Positions 26,857-33,157 of a stretch of 33,157 bases of DNA are shown piece by piece. Source of the stretch: Fidelibacterota bacterium (GTDB taxonomy: Bacteria > Fidelibacterota > Fidelibacteria > Fidelibacterales > Fidelibacteraceae). The translations under genes were made by a program, and so were the position numbers. The notes under the pieces are model-generated. The model was not told the DNA's origin, did not search any database, and saw only the letters and a program-made list of their open reading frames with translations. The stretch is from assembly GCA_034723415.1 (NCBI GenBank), contig JAYEOX010000132.1:1-33157 (forward strand), read 5' to 3'. Numbering within the stretch: position 1 is the first letter of the stretch; every line of letters begins with the position of its first letter.

Positions 26857-27510
26857 ATGATAAAATTTAGTAATGTATCAGTAAATTATCCATATAGTGA
26901 AGGGCTTACCGATATTAATGTTGAATTTGAAGACAAAGAATTTACTTTTGTCTTAGGTCCCACCGGTTCCGGGAAATCTACACTATTGAGATTGATCTAT
27001 ATGGATATTTATCCATCAAGTGGGAGAGTTGATGTACAAAAGTGGTCAAGTAAGAAAATCACTGCAAGAAAGATAAAAAAATTAAGAAGAAATATAGGAA
27101 TTGTATTTCAGGATATTAGATTAATAGAAAATTTATCTGTTTTTGAAAATGTTGCTTTGCCATTGATAATTGATGGATATCAGCGAAAATATATTAAAAG
27201 AAAAGTAAAAGCAATATTAGATGAAATTGGTTTACTTGATAGTATTCGTCAGAAAGCCGGGACATTAAGTAAGGGAGAAGAACAACGAGTAGCAATAGCT
27301 AGAGCTGTTGTAAAAAATCCATTTGTAATATTAGCAGATGAACCAACTGGTAATTTAGATCCAGATTCCTCAGTAACTGTATTCAATTTATTGAAAAAAA
27401 TTAATAAGTTAGGTACAGCAGTAATTATGGCAACACACGATTATTTGCTAATAAAAGACGCCCCTAATAGGAGAATATTGATTGATAATGGTAAAATTTT
27501 AAAAAAATGA
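26857..27510 (+). CDS. ftsE: Cell division ATP-binding protein FtsE
   Basis: GPTGSGKST, LRRNIGIVFQD, LADEPTGNLD, MATH; adjacent to ftsX. Confidence 0.9.
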   Translation: MIKFSNVSVNYPYSEGLTDINVEFEDKEFTFVLGPTGSGKSTLLRLIYMDIYPSSGRVDVQKWSSKKITARKIKKLRRNIGIVFQDIRLIENLSVFENVALPLIIDGYQRKYIKRKVKAILDEIGLLDSIRQKAGTLSKGEEQRVAIARAVVKNPFVILADEPTGNLDPDSSVTVFNLLKKINKLGTAVIMATHDYLLIKDAPNRRILIDNGKILKK

Positions 27511-27522
27511 AAGTAGAATAAT

Positions 27523-28407
27523 ATGCGTAGTTTTTATATTTTAAAACAAGCGATTCACAATATTTGGTCAGCAAGAGTTCCTGTAATGATAGCTATTGTT
27601 ACAATAGGGATTTCTCTTTCTGTTTTGCTTGGTATTTCCGAAATTGCGTATAAAGTATATTCAACAGTGGAAAATATTAGGAAAGAATTCGAAATAGATG
27701 TTTTTTTAGATCCCGAAATATCGTCTTTTCAGAGAAAAATCATTGAAAGAAAATTGGAAAATATTCATCAAATAAAAAGTTATAAATTTATTTCCAAAGA
27801 AGATGCCGCTAAAATATTTTTTGAAGAATTCGGTGAAGATATTTTTGATATTTTAACATATAATCCATTGCCGGCGTCGTATAAAATAAAACTATATGGG
27901 AAAATGACTCATATGAGGATTGTTGATAATGTGGTAAATAGGATAAATAAAATAAATGGTATAGATGAAATAAAATATCATAATGATCTGTTAATACTGA
28001 TGGAAAAATATTTTCTTATTATAATGATCATTGGTGGAAGCATTATTTTTGTTTTATTATTGGCAATGAATATTTTTATTCGAAATACAATTAAATTATC
28101 AGTTTACAGTAGGCGAAGACAAATATTTATTTTACAATTATTAGGTTCCGGAAAAATATTTTTAAAATCACCTTTCATTATAGAAGGACTTTTTGAAGGA
28201 TTGATTGGTGGGTTTTTTGCAGCCACAATTTTATATTTTTTCCATAATATTGCAAATGAAACAGCTATTTATCTATTTAATTATAATTTAGAAAAGATTA
28301 ATTATATTTGGAGTATTTCCATTATTGCTGGTGGAATAATTGGCGTGTTTGCAAGCAGCACTTCTGTAAATAAATTTGTTAGAATTTTTGCAAAAAATGA
28401 TTATTGA
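27523..28407 (+). CDS. ftsX: Cell division permease FtsX
   Basis: FISKEDA, NPLPASY, IRNTIKLSVYSRR, PFIIEG; 4 TM layout. Confidence 0.9.
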   Translation: MRSFYILKQAIHNIWSARVPVMIAIVTIGISLSVLLGISEIAYKVYSTVENIRKEFEIDVFLDPEISSFQRKIIERKLENIHQIKSYKFISKEDAAKIFFEEFGEDIFDILTYNPLPASYKIKLYGKMTHMRIVDNVVNRINKINGIDEIKYHNDLLILMEKYFLIIMIIGGSIIFVLLLAMNIFIRNTIKLSVYSRRRQIFILQLLGSGKIFLKSPFIIEGLFEGLIGGFFAATILYFFHNIANETAIYLFNYNLEKINYIWSISIIAGGIIGVFASSTSVNKFVRIFAKNDY

Positions 28408-28521
28408 TGAAAATATAATATAAATTACGATAAGGTTTATGTGTAGAATTAATAAAATATTTCATTTTTTCAGAATTTATATAATAATTACTGATCATAA
28501 TTTCAAAAAATACAAAACAAT

Positions 28522-29754
28522 ATGGCGTTAAATTATATTTGGATAGCATTTTTCGTTATTGCTTATGTAGTTGCTCTAATTAGGCTAATTTTTTTAGGTG
28601 ATACGGAAATATTTACAATTTTGGTTAGAAGTACATTCGATATGGCCAAGACGGCTTTTGAAATATCATTGGGATTAACAGGCATAATGACATTATGGTT
28701 GGGGTTAATGAAAGTTGGTGAGAGATCTGGTTTTATTAAAATAATTGCTAAGATAATTAAACCATTATTTCATAAATTATTTCCACAAATCCCAAAAGAT
28801 CACCCAGTTTTTGGATCAATTCTGATGAATATTTCAGCAAATATGTTGGGATTAGATAATGCCGCTACACCACTTGGGTTAAAGGCAATGAAACAATTGC
28901 AGGACTTAAATCCGGACAAAACAACTGTTTCTAATTCTCAAATAATGTTTTTAGTGATGAACACTTCAGGCTTAATGTTGATACCAATCAGTATCATGAT
29001 GTTCCGTACTCAATTGGGAGCCGCTCATCCTTCAGATATTTTCATTCCAATATTATTGGCAACATTTTTTTCTACTTTGACAGGAATAATCGCTGTTTCT
29101 ATAATCCAAAAGATCAATTTGTTTAATAAAGTGGTTTTGGCTTATCTTGGCGGATTGACTCTAATAATGGTTTCAGTCATAATCTATTTTTCACAATTGA
29201 CGCCTGATCAGATATCAAAGATCTCACTAATTTTTTCAAACGTGTTGTTATTTTCTATCATTGTTGGTTTCCTGGTCTATGGATTTTATAAGAAGATCGA
29301 TGTTTACGGTACTTTTATTGAAGGAGCGAAAGATGGATTTCGTACAGTTATTATGATTATTCCATATTTGGTCGGTATTTTAGTTTCGGTTGCAGTTTTT
29401 AGAGCTTCCGGAGCGATGAATCTGTTTATTTCCGGTTTACAAAAAGTAATTGAATTATTTCATATTAATTCGGATTTTATTCCAGCATTACCAACTGCAT
29501 TAATGAAGCCATTAAGCGGAAGTGGTGCAAGAGGACTAATGGTGGAAACGATGAAAAATTATGGTGCTGATTCCTTTGTCGGAAAATTGTCATGTGTTTT
29601 CCAAGGCTCAACCGATACTACTTTTTATATTGTAGCCGTTTATTTTGGAGCTGTTGGGATTAAAAGAACGAGATATGCAATAACAGCCGGGTTAATCGCC
29701 GATTTTGCCGGAGCAATTGCAGCCATTTTTATTGCATATATATTTTTCCATTAA
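28522..29754 (+). CDS. SpmA-SpmB fusion (Gate / nucleoside recognition domain membrane protein)
   Basis: ANMLGLDNAATPLGLKAM, FIEGAKDG, KPLSGSGARG and STDTTFY..AVYFGAVG. Confidence 0.9.
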   Translation: MALNYIWIAFFVIAYVVALIRLIFLGDTEIFTILVRSTFDMAKTAFEISLGLTGIMTLWLGLMKVGERSGFIKIIAKIIKPLFHKLFPQIPKDHPVFGSILMNISANMLGLDNAATPLGLKAMKQLQDLNPDKTTVSNSQIMFLVMNTSGLMLIPISIMMFRTQLGAAHPSDIFIPILLATFFSTLTGIIAVSIIQKINLFNKVVLAYLGGLTLIMVSVIIYFSQLTPDQISKISLIFSNVLLFSIIVGFLVYGFYKKIDVYGTFIEGAKDGFRTVIMIIPYLVGILVSVAVFRASGAMNLFISGLQKVIELFHINSDFIPALPTALMKPLSGSGARGLMVETMKNYGADSFVGKLSCVFQGSTDTTFYIVAVYFGAVGIKRTRYAITAGLIADFAGAIAAIFIAYIFFH

Positions 29755-29816
29755 AGGACGAATTATTAATTGCGAATTATTTTAAGAAGTAGCAGTTAAA
29801 ATTTACGCTTACCCGA

Positions 29817-29851
29817 TTTTAAATTTCCATTTTCCAATTTCTAATTTTCAA
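29817..29851. repeat. Imperfect 7-nt tandem repeat x5
   Basis: ttttaaa tttccat tttccaa tttctaa ttttcaa. Confidence 0.65.
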
Positions 29852-30127
29852 CCCAATTTTCTAAAATCAAAATTGACTCAATTGTAGAAAAGTTAGAAAA
29901 TGCAATTATGAGAGCAAAAAATGATAAAACAGAAAATAGTATAGAGATTGAGATCTAATATTTAAAAGGAGTTTGATATAAAAAATTATCTTGCTTGGAA
30001 CTTTTTGATAGAGAAATAAAAATACATTAATTTATTGTTTAAACCTAAAAAATCATCTAATTTATATACTTGAAATAATATCTAATCTGTTCGGTGATTT
30101 AAAATAAAAATAAAAAATATTAATTAC

Positions 30128-30155
30128 TTGACATTATTAAAAATTATCATAATCT
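30128..30155 (+). promoter_or_regulatory. Candidate dnaA promoter
   Basis: TTGACA-16 nt-TAATCT just upstream of the DnaA boxes. Confidence 0.35.
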
Positions 30156-30178
30156 TTATAAAGGGAGATTATAGAGGG

Positions 30179-30198
30179 TGTTGATAACTTGTGGATAA
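30179..30198 (-). promoter_or_regulatory. Two tandem DnaA boxes (dnaA autoregulation and/or oriC)
   Basis: Minus strand TTATCCACA-ag-TTATCAACA: one perfect box, one with 1 mismatch, 176 nt upstream of dnaA. Confidence 0.8.
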
Positions 30199-30374
30199 AT
30201 ATGTAAAACTAATTGGAAGTTTTGAAAATTATGTTGGTATTGTGACACGAAATGTGATATAACTATAATAATAACAATTGGTTATAGGTTGTAATATAAG
30301 ATATGGCTATAGAATTAAGGTATTTAACAAATAAAATTAAGGAATGTTAATAAATTATTTAAATTTATGAATTT

Positions 30375-31778
30375 ATGAATGATTCGGTATCAAAAATATG
30401 GGATTCGTCGTTAAAAGATATTAAACAGAGTATTCCTGAACATACATATCAAGCGTGGTTTAAATCATTGCAACCTGTATCTTTTGATAATGGTATTTTT
30501 AAAATCAATGTTCCAAATACATTTCATTTTGAATGGTTGGAAACAAATTATAAAGATATGATAGTTAATGCCTTAAAAAAGCAGGTCAATGACGATATTC
30601 GACTACAATTTTTAATAAAAAAAATTGAAAAAGACGATGCTAATGATCAAAATGAAGATGAAAATAATTTGCCTAATAATTCTAATATAAGTCAAACAAA
30701 AAATTTTTTTCCACCGGGAAATGAATATTCCGATCGTAATAAATGTATCCAATTAAATAATCGCTATACATTTGATAATTTTGTTGAGGGTCCTAACAAT
30801 CAATTTTCAAAGGTTGCAAGTCGAGCCGTAGCAGAATCACCCGGGAACACCGCTTTTAATCCTTTGTTAATTTATGGTGGAACGGGTTTAGGGAAGACAC
30901 ATTTATTGCAAGCTATTGGCAATATGGTAATTAGTAATGACCCGAGTAAAATGGTTATTTATGTATCCAGTGAAAAATTTACGGTTGACTTCATTTCTGC
31001 CATAAGAAAAAATAAGATGAATGAATTTGGCGATATTTATCGTAAAGCAGATGTTTTATTAGTTGATGATATACAGTTTTTTGAATCGAAAGAAAGTACT
31101 CAGGAGCAATTTTTCCATACATTTAATGAATTATATCAAAAAGGGAAACAGATAGTAATTACTGCTGATAGAACGCCAAAAGAGTTACATGCAATAGAAG
31201 AAAGATTGGTTTCAAGATTTTTATCCGGATTAATGGTTGACATTCAGCCGCCAGATTATGAATCTCGAATAGCTATTTTACAAAAAAAAGCAAATATAGA
31301 TGATCTGCTTATTCCGGAAGAAATATTAGATTTTATTGCAAAAAATATTACTTCAAATGTGAGAGAATTAGAAGGAACGATGACGAGAATATTTGCTTAT
31401 AGTTCATTAACTCACACTGATATCACTTTAGCATTAGCAAAAAAAGTAATAGGCGATATTTTGTCAATAAAGAAAAATAATGTTATATCTTTTGAAGCGA
31501 TATTAAAAACTGTGGCAGAATATTACAACCTTTCAGAAAATGAAATAATAGGTAAAAGCAGAGTAAAAGAAATAGCTTTTGCTCGTCAAATTGTGATGTA
31601 TTTGAGTAGAAAATTAAGTGGTTCTTCATTAAAGACAATTGGCATGAAATTAGGTGGAAGAGACCACACAACTGTCATACATGGCCATAATGTAATTAAC
31701 CAAAAGATCAAAAAAGAGAAAAAATTCAAAAAAGATATTGATACAATTAAAAATCAAATTGATTTTGAATTATATTGA
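30375..31778 (+). CDS. dnaA: Chromosomal replication initiator DnaA
   Basis: YTFDNFVEG, NPLLIYGGTGLGKTHL, DDIQF, NVRELEG and GGRDHTTVIH. Confidence 0.99.
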   Translation: MNDSVSKIWDSSLKDIKQSIPEHTYQAWFKSLQPVSFDNGIFKINVPNTFHFEWLETNYKDMIVNALKKQVNDDIRLQFLIKKIEKDDANDQNEDENNLPNNSNISQTKNFFPPGNEYSDRNKCIQLNNRYTFDNFVEGPNNQFSKVASRAVAESPGNTAFNPLLIYGGTGLGKTHLLQAIGNMVISNDPSKMVIYVSSEKFTVDFISAIRKNKMNEFGDIYRKADVLLVDDIQFFESKESTQEQFFHTFNELYQKGKQIVITADRTPKELHAIEERLVSRFLSGLMVDIQPPDYESRIAILQKKANIDDLLIPEEILDFIAKNITSNVRELEGTMTRIFAYSSLTHTDITLALAKKVIGDILSIKKNNVISFEAILKTVAEYYNLSENEIIGKSRVKEIAFARQIVMYLSRKLSGSSLKTIGMKLGGRDHTTVIHGHNVINQKIKKEKKFKKDIDTIKNQIDFELY

Positions 31779-31793
31779 TTAATAAAATTATTC

Positions 31794-31822
31794 TTGCATT
31801 TTACCAAAATATTGCTTAAAAT
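31794..31822 (+). promoter_or_regulatory. Candidate sigma70 promoter for rpmE
   Basis: TTGCAT-17 nt-TAAAAT. Confidence 0.45.
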
Positions 31823-31874
31823 ATATACTTGTGAAATATGGATAATTTAAAATGTTTTGTAATTAGGAGAAAAT

Positions 31875-32084
31875 ATGAGACCAAAAATTCACCCGGAATA
31901 TAATAAAACAATTGTAACTTGTGCTTGTGGAAATACATTTGAAACAAGAAGCACTGTAAAAGAGATTAAAGTAGAGATATGTTCAGCATGTCATCCTTTC
32001 TATACAGGTAAACAAAAAATATTAGACAGCGCCGGTAGAATTGAAAAATTTAACAAGAAATACAATCTGAAAGGCAAAAAGTAG
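31875..32084 (+). CDS. rpmE: 50S ribosomal protein L31, zinc-binding (C+) type
   Basis: IHPEY, CACGN and [21 protein letters not shown]. Confidence 0.98.
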   Translation: MRPKIHPEYNKTIVTCACGNTFETRSTVKEIKVEICSACHPFYTGKQKILDSAGRIEKFNKKYNLKGKK

Positions 32085-33080
32085 ATGGGTTATTTTTTTG
32101 GATTAATTAAAAATTATCTAATAATAATTCTTCAAAAAGCATCTATTTTAGTTGGTGGGCAAGCAGTTATTGAAGGCGTTATGATGCGTGTTCCGGGAGC
32201 TTATGCAACTGCGGTTAGAACTCCGAATGGGGAAATTGCAGTAGAAAGAAAAAAATTTATCTCTTTGGCAAAACGTAAAAAAATATTTGGCCGAATTATT
32301 ATACGAGGTATAGTTTCACTTTTTGAAGCAATGAAAATTGGAATGCAAACTTTAACATTCTCAGCAGAAAAGGCATATCCGGAAGAAAATAAAAATAAAG
32401 ATTCTGCTTGGAATAAAATATTGGAATATTTAAGTATCATTTTTGCATTTGGATTGGCGGTTGGTTTGTTTCTTGTGTTACCTCTATTTTTAACTACAAA
32501 AATTTTTGCAATTGAAAAGACAGCTTGGGCTTTTAATGCAGTTGCGGGTGTATTTAGAATTATTTTTTTTCTCACTTATCTGATATTAATTAGTTTAATG
32601 AAAGATGTAAAACGATTATTTGAATATCACGGTGCCGAACATAAAACTGTTTTCGCATTTGAAAATGGTGTGGATATGAGCATTGAATCGACACATCCAT
32701 TTTCTACTTTTCATCCGCGTTGTGGAACAAGTTTTCTTTTTATTACATTGATCTTTACAATAATTATTTATGCAGTAATTGACAGCATCCTGATATATTT
32801 TATGGGAGCCTTAACTTTAACAAATCGTTTATTAATACATCTTCCAATGATTCCATTGGTTATGGGAATTGGTTATGAAGGATTAAAATTTACTAGCAAC
32901 CAAATTGATAATAAATGGTTGTCTTGGATGGTAAAACCGGGACTTTGGTTACAGAGAATAACAACTTCTCCTCCAGATGATAAACAACTTGAGTGTGCAA
33001 TAACTGCTCTGAAAGAAGGATTTGGAAACGATTGGGAAAAATATGTTGGTTCCAAATATGTTGCAAAAGCGATTGAATAA
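32085..33080 (+). CDS. DUF1385 family membrane protein (YqhQ-like)
   Basis: GGQAVIEGVMM, YHGAEHK, HPRCGTSF and PGLWLQRITT; follows rpmE. Confidence 0.92.
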   Translation: MGYFFGLIKNYLIIILQKASILVGGQAVIEGVMMRVPGAYATAVRTPNGEIAVERKKFISLAKRKKIFGRIIIRGIVSLFEAMKIGMQTLTFSAEKAYPEENKNKDSAWNKILEYLSIIFAFGLAVGLFLVLPLFLTTKIFAIEKTAWAFNAVAGVFRIIFFLTYLILISLMKDVKRLFEYHGAEHKTVFAFENGVDMSIESTHPFSTFHPRCGTSFLFITLIFTIIIYAVIDSILIYFMGALTLTNRLLIHLPMIPLVMGIGYEGLKFTSNQIDNKWLSWMVKPGLWLQRITTSPPDDKQLECAITALKEGFGNDWEKYVGSKYVAKAIE

Positions 33081-33109
33081 ATATGAATAGTGAATTAATT
33101 ATATCTCGC

Positions 33110-33157
33110 ACACTTCGACACTGCTCAGTGCAAACACTTCGACACTGCTCAGTGCAA
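33110..33157. repeat. Exact 24-nt tandem repeat x2, REP-like, running to window end
   Basis: acacttcgacactgctcagtgcaa at 33110-33133 and 33134-33157, no spacer. Confidence 0.85.

Noticed and set aside
28522..29754. spmAB as evidence of sporulation
   Set aside because: Fused SpmAB/Gate proteins are common in non-sporulating diderms, and no sporulation genes are present
311..33111. Short alternative-frame and antisense ORFs in the track (e.g. 5715-6032, 14739-15098, 26152-26508, 32201-32575)
   Set aside because: They overlap well-supported genes and lack motifs; consistent with shadow ORFs
33110..33157. Possible CRISPR array start
   Set aside because: Copies are directly adjacent with no spacer, and no cas genes are present

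Overview
AT-rich bacterial chromosomal window of housekeeping and cell-envelope genes. It is probably from a non-Bacteroidota member of the FCB superphylum (Marinimicrobia-like). This is an inference from the FCB-type insert in GlyA, PorV- and CTD-type genes, and Shine-Dalgarno use. Layout: DUF4416 (+); a minus-strand operon (Ig-like lipoprotein, dapF, mannose-1-P guanylyltransferase, small hypothetical, hemolysin III, HMA-like lipoprotein, NYN nuclease, der); a plus-strand run (CpoB-like TPR, stand-alone GT5 N-domain, DUF4270/BamH-like lipoprotein, FadL/BamG-like barrel, TPR lipoprotein, rpiB, glyA, nrdR); an outer-membrane cluster (PorV family, M6-like protein lacking its zinc ligands with a CTD, gluzincin-propeller-Omp85 fusion, DUF5683, bamD); then nadD, Ca/Na antiporter, ftsEX, spmAB fusion, DnaA boxes, dnaA, rpmE and DUF1385. 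No rRNA, tRNA, CRISPR array or transposase was recognised. Best leads: (1) the PorV / pseudo-M6 / peptidase-Omp85 / BamD cluster as a candidate secretion or OMP-assembly module; (2) a contiguous GT5-N, bamH-like, bamG-like, TPR operon; (3) three 19-22 nt hairpin+CARG elements, each followed by CA and lying inside other repeats or palindromes, with a possible empty site in the window. All family calls come from motif recognition, not database searches.
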